DNA of 64,000 nucleotides from the human T2T-CHM13v2.0 reference genome, Homo sapiens, in the NCBI RefSeq assembly GCF_009914755.1, contig NC_060946.1; one strand, written 5' to 3'. Shown here piece after piece: positions 43,548 to 56,080 of this stretch. How positions within the stretch are numbered: the stretch's first letter is position 1; every line of letters starts with the position of its first letter. The notes below the pieces were generated by a model. It made no database searches. It saw nothing but the letters and a program-made list of their open reading frames with translations, and was not told the origin of the DNA. Made by a program: the position numbers and the translations under genes.

Positions 43548-44789
43548 TCCCTTCATTCTCAGCAACCTGTCCAAAGCATGCCAAACCTGGACTTGATACT
43601 ATCAAGCTAAACTAGGAACAAGGCGGCCTCCACCCTTCCAGGATAGAGAGAGGCTCTCTGACCCTTCACTGCTTCTGTGCCTCCTTGGTGTTTCTGCTTT
43701 TAAATGTAGCAGTGGTGATAATAATTCCAGTTATATTTACTGAGCACTTACTATATGCCCGTCTGCACCAAACACATTCCTTGGAGCAACTCGTTTAATT
43801 CCTGAAGAGGTGGATATCATCCCAATTTTTAGATGAGGAAACAGGCTCAGAGAGGTGCTGTAATTTGTCCAAGGCCACACAGCCAGGAGGAGTGGAGACT
43901 GGGATTTGAAATCTTACTGTCTCTCTAGAGCTTAGGGGTAAAACATAATGGTTAGCAATGTAACTGACCCAGCTGTCCCAAATGTTACAATCCCCGCCTC
44001 AAATCCTCACAAGCCACTCAGGTTATTATCATCATTATTAGCCCTATGTTGAAAATGAGGATGCTGAGGCTCAGAGGGAAATATGCAGCCCCCATTGGTC
44101 ACTAGTAAGAGATGGGGCTAGATCAGAACCCAGGCTCCAAAGCTGGCTCCCCGCTGCCTGGTCTGCAGTTGCCATGGTGCTGGGTAAGAAACACCGCCAC
44201 TGGTCTAACTGCTCACCTGATTCATTTCCTCATTCATTCAACAACCACAGGCTTGGTGGTCCCTACTCTAGGGGTCTGGGGATGAGCAGATTTGGTTCCT
44301 GCCTGGCTGCTTCATGGAAGGGCTGCAACAATGTCAACACAGTAACACAAAGTTGTTAACAGTATCAAAGTGAGAATACAGAGGCGGACAAGGCATTGAA
44401 TGCACACTGTGCTAACTAAACCCTTTGTATGAATTTATTTTATCTGGTCTCACAATAACCCATTTTGCAGGTAAGGAAACTGAGGCTCCAGGGGTTATAT
44501 AACTTGCCCAAGGTCACAAAGTGAGGAGCAAGCAGCGGAGACTTGTCTATGTGAAATCCCAGCATAGCCTCGGGAATTCCAGGCTGCTCTTGGGGAAGGA
44601 GGCAGCCTGCCTGAGATCAGCACCCGGAGCCTCCCTCTGGCCCGTTGTCCTGAGGATAGGGCTCATCTCAGCTGCACGGCTCATTCTCCAAAGGCCTTTC
44701 TGTCCTAGGGATCAGATTCCAGGCAGCTGCACCCAGCTGATGCTACACTGCCACACTCCAGCCCAGCGCCCAGAAGCTTGAACAATTTA

Positions 44790-45243
<454 letters not shown>

Positions 45244-47086
45244 TCAGAGCTGGCAGCCCCAGCATGGGCATCACCGGGACCCAGGTCTTGAAGCCCAGCC
45301 CCTCTTGCAGCCAGGGAGTTCGGTTCCCGTGGAGGGAGAAAGGGGCCTTTCTAGACTTTGGAATTCATGTCTGTAGTTCTTTAAGTTTTAGAATTTCTAT
45401 AGAATAACTTATTCTATTTGCTCTCAACCCGCACAGAGCCCATGAGATCCAGGGCCTTGGGTTTCAGAGTCCCGCCTGGCTGCGACTCTGGCCACCTTGC
45501 TTCCCATCTCTGGGCTCAGCTCTCTCCTTTAGGGAAACTTGGCCTGCCTTGGGCTACCCAAGGGCAGTGGAAAATAATGGATATGAAAGGGCTTTGTAAA
45601 AAGCCACATGTCCAGCCAGGTTGTCACAAAGGAACCTTCATAACGAGAAGCCACATCCGTGTGAGACCCACACCAAGAATTTCCTCAGGCTGCTCCTCTT
45701 CCCGAAATGCCCCTCTGCCTTCTTCTACTTGGCACGCTCCTACACACCTATCAAGACCCAAGCCGAAATTTACTTCTACCAGGAAGCCCTCCCTGACCCC
45801 TCTCAGGGGCTTTTCTTTAGTTCTCCTTCCCTTCCCCCAACAAACACACTGCAAAACTCACCAGGGAAGGACCCTGTTTCAAATCGCCCCTCCTCGCCCC
45901 AGAACTTGGTAGACGCTCCAGAAATGTGGAATGAATGAACACTAAATGCATTTCTTTCGGTCTGTAAATCCAGCTGCACACGTACAATTCTCCCGACAAA
46001 GGAAAGGAACCCAAAGTGAAAGCAAATCACCATCGTTTCCGTGACAAGCTCCGGGAGCCTCAGAGGAAATTCTCGCGCTGGATTATGGAAGGAATTTGCC
46101 TTTATTTTTAATTTGTGCCAATATCTAAGAAAACGGCACTTTATTTTGAGCCCATCAGGCGACAACGAGGAGCTTCGGAATCTGGCACGGGAGACAAACT
46201 TTCCCAGTCCAATTTCCCAATGCAAATCTCTCCTCCGCGGCAGAGCCGGCCATCCCCTCCCTCTGCTGGGCATCTCTCTGAGGCTTGCCAGGGAGGAATA
46301 ATCAGATTATGTAGCTGGGTTTTCAAAGATCACGGTTTGTCTCATTTTCCAGGGAAGTGTGACCAAAAAAAAATTTTTTTTCCCTCCCAGGGCTCTGTTA
46401 AGAGCTTCCAGAACTTAATTCAGTGTTAAATGGGTGTAATTTGGGAAACTCATGCATTATTTCTTAATTTCTGGAGGCAGCCGTTTGCACACATCTGTTG
46501 GGGTAGGTGTGCGTGCAGGCAGATGGGTGGTGACTGGAGTATGTGCCCCAGATGGGAGGGGAAGGAGAGCAGGCTGGGGGGTATGGGCTGTCGATGTAAA
46601 CGCCCTGTTCAGGTTGATGTCGAAAAATATAGGACTGGAGGCATTTACATTTCATCTCAGCTTCTGCTTCTGTGGATGGCTAGGCAGGGAGCGATTCTGA
46701 AGCCCTTTCCTAAAAGGAGTGCCTCGGTGGGCTTCAGTGTAAATTTCATCATCTAGGAAATGTTTGTACTCCTCCCCACACCCCCGACTCCCCAAAGCTC
46801 CTCAAGGCCTCTGGACAATGTCCACCATGTCTGCAATATAGGCTTGAACATCCTTGGCCCTCAAGAATCCCCAGTTCACTGTGTGACCTTGAACACGGTC
46901 CCAGCCCTCTCTGGGCCTCAGTGTCCCCATCTGAATATGGGGAAGCAGATCGGTTTCAGCCCCCTCCACCAGCAGTTCCTGGGGCCTCTCCCCATCACAG
47001 CACAGCACACGAGGCTCAGGCCTGCTGCTGGCACTGTCTCTGTCTACCACCCTGCCCACCCCCTTGAGGGCTGTGGAGAGTGGGGG

Positions 47087-47132
<46 letters not shown>

Positions 47133-47138
47133 GTACAC
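47087..47138. repeat. (CA)~17 microsatellite with GCGC/GTGCGCGTAC flanks
   Basis: Read directly. Confidence 0.93.
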
Positions 47139-49285
47139 CAGAGACCCTGCCTGGGCCTGGTCTGACGCTTTCAGAGGCACTGTGTCCTGAGGGGCTGAAC
47201 GAGAAAACCTGGGCTTGTGGGAAGTGGGGACGGCCCGTGACTGGGGAAGTCAGGATGAACATTTCTGACCTGGCCACAGCTAAGAGGAAAAGGAGGAAGG
47301 GGCTCATGATAACTGGGGTGGGGGGACAGAAGGCACATCAGTAGGGCCAGTGGGACATCCACAGCCCCAGCTAGAGAATGATTTATTCATAGAGTCAATC
47401 GTTAAACAGGTTGGCTGGAAGCTGCCCGGGGGTGGGTCTCAGTGACCTTGGAGTCTCCTCCACCTCCCTAGGGGGTTCATGCTTAGGGGTCAAGGAATGT
47501 GTACCCTGGAGGAAGGCAGGAAGGAGGGAAGGGGTGCAAAAAGGGAGGGAGGAAGAGATGGGGCCACCCTCCTGCCAGGCCCTGTGCAGAGTGAGACCAG
47601 CGCCTATGGAATGGGTGTCCCCTGGTGTCCCCAGGAGGGCATAACCAGGGTGGGCAGGGCCTCGGGTCACCCTCCTCACTCATCCTGGCTCAGATGTCCA
47701 GAACTCTGCCTGTTTAGTGTTTAGGAAACAAGGCCCCACTATTCTTAGGGGTTGACAATTGTTTCAGTAACTTCTGAAAGAGCAGCTGGGCTGGGAAAAG
47801 CCTCTCTTGGGGGCGCTGGGGAAGGGGCTCTCAGTTCGCTCTAAGATCCTGTGAATCTGTTGTACAAGTCAACTGGGGAGAAGCTAAAGCAGCCAAGACT
47901 GGGTTAATAGAGGCAAAGCATCCCTAAGAAGGGAGGGGATAGCTTTCATCTAAGCATAAGGCAGGCCAGGCTCTGGGTCAGTAATATTGGAAAGTAAACA
48001 GGATAATGACTAGAAAGTGAGACTGCGGGGCCCCTGCCCCCTCATGGTTCCTGGTGCTGTGTCCTAGGAACTCTATATTGCCACCCCTCACTAGGTGGTA
48101 TAGTGTAGTGGTTGGGAGCCTGGTCCTGGTGGGGTTATGTATTATTAGCCTCTTTGGGCCAGTTTTCTCATCTATACAACAGAATCCACAGTTGCCACTG
48201 ACAAGATTGGCATGAGGATTAAGTGGGAAGCTGGGTTCCGAGTGTGCTCAGCATGGTACCTGGCTCGGGGCAGGCCTTCGGGCTGTCACTGCCAAGTGCA
48301 ACCCTAGTGCTGTGGAGGGTGCAATTGTGAGCCTGTTCGGTGAAGTCCTGTACTGTGGACACAGACAGCTGAAGTGGCCAGACCTGCTGTCTACATGCCA
48401 CCGCCCCCCAACCCGCCCCAGAAGCCAAGGGCCTGGGCATGAGGCAACCCTCTTGCAGTGTGGCCTTTGGGGTGGGGCTGGAGAGGGCTTGGCCAATTGT
48501 CCTAGGGAACTGGAAATCAGATTCACCTTCTTGGCCCAAACTGCCTCTCCCTGTGCCCACCTCAACCATGGGCAGCCCACCCAGAAGCTGTCTAAGCTCC
48601 GAACCTGGCCACCCTCCCCTCCTCCCTGCCCCACCCTGCTATTCAAACCCTCACTCAAGCTGGGGGTAGTGTTGTCTCCTGCCCTGGCCCTGCTCCATCC
48701 CCCAGCCCTCCAGGTCTGCAGCCACCTCCCAGACCCGCAGGTCCAGAAGGCTTCAGCCGCCCTGCTGTGTCTGCATCTCTGCCCACAGAGGGTCCCTGCC
48801 CAGAACATCTCCCCCTTCCTCTAGCTGATTCATGCCTGTCATTCTGGACCAAGCTCCCCTGGCCCCAACCTCTCCCAGGCTCCAAAGGACAGGTGCCTAC
48901 CGCACGTGCACTTCCCCACCCCCAGGAGCTCCCCACTGCCTCATGACCTGACCTAGGGATGCCTCCAGCTCTGCTGGCTTGTCCAGGGTCACTTCCTCCT
49001 CTGCTTCCTTGAGAGTGCCAAGGGTGAGCCGAGGCCCTTCAGCACAGGCATGGGGGCTCGGGGAGTTGGCTGAAGAAGGGGAGTGAAGGGATGGATGGAT
49101 GGATGACCGGTAACTGGGAGTGGCTCTCAGCTGGTCTCACTCTGGGCAGGTCCCGCTCGCTTTCTTTGTCACTCACTGACTCACAGGTCTGAGTGAGCAG
49201 CACTGGCCCTGCCCCCTACCCCTCTCATCTGGTCCACCTGCCCTGATAAGCTCCAGGCTGGGTGGCTCAGGAGAGCGAGAATGGG

Positions 49286-49314
49286 ACACACACACACACA
49301 CACACACACGCGCG
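49286..49314. repeat. (CA)~12 followed by (CG)n
   Basis: Read directly. Confidence 0.9.
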
Positions 49315-50599
49315 GCTCTAAGCCAAACTGCTCCCCTCACCCCTCTTCATCAGTCCATACCTCCCAGATGCCTGAGACAGTGCCAGGAACGCAGCGTGAA
49401 GATGACATTAAAGAAAGAAACTGTCAGAAACCCTTGCCTGGGGCTTTCAGTTTCAGCCACAAGAGGGGCCGGGGCTGCCTGGTTGCAGAACTTCCTGGTC
49501 ATCTCTTGCCAGAACAGGCACAGCAGACAGCCTCTCTGGGGAGACGAGGTGCTTGCAGAGAAGTGTCCCGCACTGAGCAGTCACAGATTCAGGGGATGGG
49601 GAGCAACCCCCCAATTCTAGGCAACCGTGACCGGCATGGAGATTGTACTGGTTGACACCAGGACCTGAAGGTTATTTGAATTCTGCTTTTGAATGACACT
49701 TCTCACCGAAGCTGAAGCCTACCAGTAGGTGAAAAGTCCCAATGGTTACCCCTGGACCATCTGATTCCCAGCAAGGTTTGGACAATCAGAACCAGGCGAG
49801 GAAACAAAGGGTGATGGAGGGAGGGACTTCTCATCAGTCTGGGTCTGAACAGAGCTGAACTTGATGGTATTTCAGGCACAGCCAGCCAGCAGCGAGATTC
49901 ACAGGACATTACTGACAGAAAACACTTTAGACAATGCCCAGAGCAGGGCCCTCATTTTATAGTCTAGTAAACTGAGGTCCAGAGACATGTGGACAGCTGC
50001 CTGGGGTCACACAGCCACCAATGCTCAGTGGGAACCGACAGGGGTTTCTCAGAGTGAGCTCACAGCAGCCTTTGGTGGTGGGCATGGCTGCCATTCTATC
50101 TTCCAGATGAGGAAACGGGCTGGGAAGCCTCAGGAGCCTTGGTCAAGGTCACACAGCCGTGGAGAGGGGGCTGGAGGCCACCCCCAGAGAGTCCCTGTGT
50201 GGGGCACTTCGTGTTCTTCCCATCCTAGGCTGGGATGCCTTTAAGTGACAGGTGCAATCACTTAAAACAGGCTCAGGAGGCCCAGAGAGGTAGGGGAGAC
50301 ACAAAGAGGCATCCCCAGAGGTGCTCTCCCGCAGATTACATAACTCCCCTTCCCTGTCGGATGGCCCCAGGGGTGAGGCTGGGGCAGCTAGCAAGAGTGG
50401 GGGAGACCCTAGGGGGCATGGACCCGGCCTTGTTTGCCCACATCCTCTTGACTCTTTCCAAAGAGGTAACAGTTGCAGGCGCCAGGACGCGCTGGCTTTT
50501 TCCCCCTGTTTTTTTTTCCTCTGGCTGAGTAACAAATACTAATACTAATAATGATAATAATAATTAGAATAAATATAACCTCGAGACGCTTGGGGTCTC

Positions 50600-50613
50600 G
50601 TTGCCATGGCAAC
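50600..50613. promoter_or_regulatory. Perfect palindromic RFX X-box GTTGCCATGGCAAC
   Basis: Exact match to the RFX consensus GTTRCCATGGYAAC at the edge of the CpG island. Confidence 0.7.
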
Positions 50614-51339
50614 CACGGGCACTAATGAGCTTCCGAGGCTGCCGCCGGGCCGGGCCACCCCAGCCCCGGGCGCGGGATCAATGTTGATTCGGCCCCGGAG
50701 GCGACAGCGGTTCCGCAGGGGCCGCGCGGCGGACCAGGACCCAGGGGCACGCACTTGGGAGGGGTCCTTCTACCCGTCCCCTGCGCTGCCCAGCTGGGAC
50801 CCCCAGGCCCCTCTGGGTCCGCAGCGTGGCCCTCAGTCCCCGTGCAGCCCGCACGGGGCTCCCAGCTCACTGAGCTCCCCGACTCTGTTCTTGGAAGCCA
50901 GTCCCCCCCTTGGACGCGGATTCCGGTCCCGGCCGCCGCGTCCCGGCGCGGTGCGCCCCGAACTGCTCTCTTCGGAACCCAGCCCCTTCCTCTCCAAGGT
51001 TCAGCGACCCCGACCTTGGTGAGCGCCGGCGCGGACCCCAGTGCCGAACACCGGCTGTCCCGCACGGTTCCTGCCCCCGGACCCTTCCCCGGTCGTCCCC
51101 AGCCCCTTTCTAAAGAGCCCCGGACCCCCGTCATATGCCCCTTACCCGCCTCTCCCAAAGCGCCCACCCTTCACCCCTTCTCCGGAGCCCCGCGCCGCAG
51201 ACCCCGCCCCCCACTCGCCCAGACCCTCCTCCGCCAGGAGCTCCGCCCCGGCCCCTTTCCCCGCCGCTCTCGGACCCCGGCCCAGGCGCGCCCCTCCCCC
51301 GCGCGGCCCCCGCCCTGCCCGCCCCGGGGCTCAGCTCAC

Positions 51340-51830
51340 CTCGTGCCCGCCGCCCGCTCGTTCCTCGCTTCGTAGCCGGGAGCCGGCGCCCGCGGGAGCC
51401 GCCTGCTGGGGTGCGGGGGCTGCCCACGCCCCCGCGATGCCCCTGCCGCCGCCGCAACAGTTGTCCGGGTTCTGGGGGCTGCGGGGACGCGGGGACTCCG
51501 GGCTCCCTGATCGGCGCTCGGAAGGCGCCCGCTCCTAGGCGCGCCGGGCGCGGCGCGGAGCTGGGGCCGGGGCCGGGGCTGGGGCTGGGGCCGGGGCTGC
51601 AGCTCCGGCTCGGCGTCCGGCTCGGGGTCCGGCTGGGGGTCCGGCGGCCGGCCGCATGCCCCGTCGCCGCCCGCGGCTACTCGGCGGCCCGCGCCGCCCG
51701 GCCGCCCGCCGGCCCCGAGCCCCGCGCCGCGCCCGCCGCCGCCGCCGCCGCGCTCATGCTCGCCGGGCCCCGCGCTCGCCGCCGCCGCCGCCGCCGCCGC
51801 CGCTGCCCACTTCACTCTTTGGCGCTCGCT
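51340..51830 (-). other. SHISAL1: Candidate non-coding first exon of a long SHISAL1 isoform within the CpG island; 5' end approximate
   Basis: Donor CACGAG|GTGAGC at 51340/51339; very GC/CpG-rich leader with CGG runs; same strand as SHISAL1. Confidence 0.65.
51733..51803. repeat. Two CCG/CGG trinucleotide runs: (CCG)6 at 51733-51750 and (CGC)9 at 51777-51803
   Basis: Read directly. Confidence 0.9.
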
Positions 51831-51904
51831 CCGCGCCGCGCCCTCTGCTGCCCCCTCGCCCGGGCTCGCCGAGCTCCCGCCGCCCTGCCCGCCGCGTCCT
51901 GCGC

Positions 51905-52300
51905 CCTCCTCTCTCTCCCTTCCTCTCTCCTCCCTTCCTCTCTCTCTCTCCCTCTCTCTCTCTTGCGTCCTCCTCTCATTTTTTTTTTTTCTTTCGCGGT
52001 CTCTTTTCTCCCCCTCTGGCTCTTTCTCTCTCCCCTCCTGCTGTTTGCGGTGGCTTCTCACTTTCTCTCTTTTTACTTCCTTTCCGTCCGTTCTTTCACG
52101 CCTTCCTCCTCATTTTCCTTCCTTCTACTTTTCCCTTCCCTCTTTCCGCTTTCCTGCCCCGTTTCCTTCCTCCCTCCCTTCCTCCTTCCTTCCTTCCTCT
52201 GCGTTCTTCCTCTCTCCTTTGTTCCTTCCTCCTCCTCCCCACTCCCTTTTCCTCTCCTCTTCCCACCCCAGTCTCCTACTCCCCAGTCCTCCCATCCCCA
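51905..52300. repeat. CT-rich polypyrimidine/polypurine low-complexity tract upstream of the CpG-island exon
   Basis: About 400 nt almost entirely C/T on the + strand. Confidence 0.85.
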
Positions 52301-54042
52301 TGGAACATACACCTGCTTTGTCTGGGAGCCACGTTATTCCTGCCAGCCAGACCCTGGCCAGGAGGATCAGGGTCACGGTCAGCTTGGGCCGAGAACCCTT
52401 CACATGAGACAAGCTCCTCTGCCAGGGTTTCCTGTGGGAAAGGCCCCACTTCCCGACCCTCCTGGGCCACTGCATGGGGTCCCCTCTTCGGCTTCTCCCC
52501 TCTCCACCCGGCAGCCCCCCAGCTCCAGTCTGCCCCCCATTTCGCCCCTCACCTGCGGGACAAGGCTGCGCTTGCCCTTCTGTGGCCTCGAAGCCAGTGA
52601 GCCCCCGTTTCCCCACCTTCCCCTGTCCCTGGCCGGGAGACCTCTGGTGTAAAGAGATCTCGTGGGGAGAAGGTTGCAGCCTCCTCGAGGGCCCCAAGAG
52701 AGAATGGAGATGAGGATCTTTTATCGATTCCGCATTTTAGGAGGGAGAAGGGAGCCCCTGGAGGACTGGCCCCAAGATCCTCCCACCTGGGTCTCCTGAG
52801 ATGGTGGCCCTCATTTCATTTTTCTAAGCATTGATGGAACCGCACCAGAAACTGGGCTGAGCCCTTTATACTTGATGTATTCTTTATGCTTTATTTGTTC
52901 CTCACCACAGTGCTGGGCAGCGTCCTCCCCACTTCACAGCAGAGGTGCTGGGACTCAGAGAGGTTAGGACATCTGCTCTGAGCCACACAGCCAGCTAGGG
53001 GCAGAATCGGGGCTCAAGCCCAGGTCTGCCTGACGTCCAGGCCCAGTCCTCCAGCCTTGGCCCCTCACAGGTACCTTAGTAAACATCAAGAGAAGGCACC
53101 GAGGGCAAGTGCTGCACCCTCTCCTTACTGAGGAGGAACCAAGACAGCGGGAGGTGCCTGGCAACAGCTTGCGCGTGACCCACTGATGGGGCTGGGAATC
53201 CAGATGGCATTTCCGATGCCACATCCTGGGCCCCTTTCAAAGATAAGAGGGAGGCTCAGCCTCATGCCCGAGGCACCCAGCTGGACAGTGGGAATGGTGC
53301 TGGGGCGCCCACCCTAGGAAGCCTGCACTGTTGGAGTGCCTCAGTTTCCCCACCTGTCTCACAGGTGTCCATCCCTTCCTGTCTTCAGTGGACCTGGCTT
53401 GAGCAGCTGCCCAAGCAGGACACAATCTCCCTCCAAGGGAGCCGATGTGGGCCCTGCTCATGGGAGGGGCAGAGGGACCCCATGAATGCCCCAGCAGGGC
53501 GAGGTCAGGGTCACAGTGAGGGTTCAGGGAGGCAGTGCCTGCTCAGCCACAGGGGCAGGCAGTGTTGCCCAGTGGGAAGGCTCATGGGATTTGTAGCAAG
53601 GTGGCACTTTGTCCCTAATTGGCCAGGTGGCCTTGGGCACGGCACAGAAGCTCCCTGAACGTCAGTTCTCTTTCCTAAAGAGGTCACAGCACTGCCTCCC
53701 GCATAGAGTGTCTCGAGGACTAAATGAGACTGGGCCCATGAGATACTTCTCCTGGCGCCTGGCAAATATCCCAAGAGGGGGACGGAGGAAACTGAGGCCA
53801 AGAGAGGCCATGGAACAGGTAGAAGTGCCCGGTGCTGGTGGTGGCGGGGCTGGAAGGTGCCTGCCAGACTGTCCCGTCTGATTTTGGCTGTTATGCTGGA
53901 GAGGTGCCTGTCATCTGTGCCCTAGCAGGGACCGTGTCTCAGGCTCTCAGTGCCAGGGACACTCAGCGTTGAGGGATGCGGGCTGAGCAAGGGGAGGAAG
54001 TGTAGGGGTGTCACAGCAGGCCGCCTGTGTTGCTGGGATGGG

Positions 54043-56080
54043 GTGTGTTGTGTGTGTGGTGTCTGTGTGTGTGGTGTATAGTGTGTGTATGTGTGTGTTG
54101 TGTGTTGTGTTTGTTGTATGAGTGGTGTGTGTGTGTTGTATGTGTGATTTGTATGTGGTGTTTGGTGTGTGCATGTGCTATGTGTGTTCTGTGTATGCGT
54201 ATTAAATGTGTGGGGTGTATGGTACATGTGTGAATATGTATGTGTGTATGAGAGAATCTGAATGAGTGGTGTGTGTTTTGTGTGTGTGGTATGTGTGTGA
54301 ATATGAGAGTGTGTGAGTGCTGTGTGTTTTTTGTGAGTGTGGTATGTGTGTGAATATGAGAGTGTGTGAGTGGTGTGTGTGTCTTGTGTGTGTCATATGT
54401 CTGTGTGGTACTGTATATGAGGTGTGTGATGTATGTTTACGGTGTGTCTGTGTGTTATATATAGTGTGTGGTGGTGTGTGTGGTATGTGTGAGATGTGTA
54501 TGTTTGTGAGTATACCTAGGACTGTTGAAAGTGTGTGCTGTGTGTGTGTTGTATGTGTTGTGTGTGTACGTGTGTATAAGAGTGTGTGTTGTGTGTTATA
54601 TATGTATGTTATGTGTGTTGTGTGTCATGTGTGGTATATGAGTATAAATGTGTGTGTTGTATGTGTGCGTTGTGTATATGTGGTATGGTTGGTGTGTGGT
54701 CTGCGGTGTGTATGGTGTGTTTGTGAATGTGTGTGTATGTGTGTGTGTATGAAAGTGTGAGCAGAGTGTGTTGTGTGTATATATGAAGATACGAGTGTGA
54801 TATGTATATGTGAGTGATGTGTGTCAATGTGTGTGTCTCAGGCTGTGTGTGTGTGAGTATGAGTGATGTGTGTGAGGGTTTGAGTGGTGTGTGGTGGTTT
54901 GTGGGGTGTGTGGTGTGTGTGAGTGTGTGAAGGTGTGAGTGAATGGTGTGTGGTGGTGTTTGGGGGGTGTATGAGGGTGTGAGTGGCGTGTGTGTGTGAG
55001 GGTGTGAGTGCTGTGTATGGGGCCTGTGGTGTGTTTGTATGTGAAGGTGTAAGCAGTGTGGGGATGTGGTGTGTGTGTGTGTATGAGTGGGTGTGTGTGA
55101 GGGTGTGAGTGGTGTATGTGTGTGAAGGTGTGAGTGCTGTGTGTGTGCTGTATGTGGGGTCTGTGGTGTGTTTGTATGTGAGGGTATAAGTAGTGTGGGG
55201 ATGTGGCGTGTGTGTGTATATGAGTGGGTTTGTGTGAGGGTGTGTGTGGTGTGGGGAGTGCCAGTGTGTATGTATGTGTGTGAGGTGCGAGTGAATAGTG
55301 TGTGTGGTGTGTGGTGTCTATGTGTGTGTAAGGATGTGAATGGTGTGTGTGGTTTTGTGTGTGTGGTGGGGGTGTGTGAGTGTGTATGTGAGTGTGCGTG
55401 AGGGTGTGAGTGGTGTGGGTTGTGTCTGTGTGAGATGTGAGTGGTGGTGTGTGAGTGTGTGTGAGGGTGTGAGTGAATGGTGTGTGTGAGGTGTGAGTGG
55501 ATGGTGTGAATGAGTGGGGTGTGTGCTGTGTGTGCTGGGGTGTGCGATGGCTGTTGGCATGCGGGGGTGGTAGAATGAGGCATCTCCCTTTTTGGGGTGC
55601 GCATGTCTGGAATCTCCATATGGTGAGTGTGTCGGTGCATGTTTCCACGTGTATGTGTGGTGGTGTGTGTGTGTGCATGCATGTGTGATGTGTGTCTGTG
55701 TATGTGTGGTAAGTGTGGTGTATGTGTGGTTTGTGTCTGTGTATCTGTATGTATGTGTGGTGTATCTGTGTATGGTATGTGTGGTGTGTGTTTCTGTGTG
55801 TATGCGTTGTGTGTGTGGTGTGTGTATGTATGGTGTGTGTGTGGTGTGTGTCTGTGTGTGTGGTGTGTGTCTGTATATCTGTGTGTATGTGCGGTGTGTG
55901 TATCTGTGTATGTGTGGTGTGTGTTTCTGTGTGTCTGTGTGGTGTGTGTGTAGTGTTTGTGTGTGGTGTGTGTATGTGTGCTGTGTGTGTCTGTGTCTGT
56001 GTGTGTATGTGTGATGTGTGTGTGTCTGTGTGGTGTGTGTCTTTGTATCTGTGTGTGTATGTGTGTGTGTGTGTGGTGTG
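54043..56080. repeat. About 2 kb TG-rich low-complexity degenerate (TG)n array
   Basis: Read directly; short unique core at about 55545-55650. Confidence 0.95.

Larger units (their letters stand above)
50585..51910. promoter_or_regulatory. CpG island / promoter
   Basis: About 1.3 kb with very dense CpG and high GC, multiple GC boxes, sharply different from the CpG-poor flanks. Confidence 0.92.

Noticed and set aside
42760-43615. His/Pro/Ser/Ile-rich ORFs
   Set aside because: Translations of (CCAT)n.
44616-44635. REST/NRSE-like TCAGCACC half-site
   Set aside because: The GGACAG right half is missing at the canonical spacing.
51135-52652. 505-aa and 314-aa plus-strand ORFs and a 241-aa minus-strand ORF
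   Set aside because: Stop-poor CpG island plus CT tract; low-complexity products with no recognisable domain; the 241-aa frame has no ATG.
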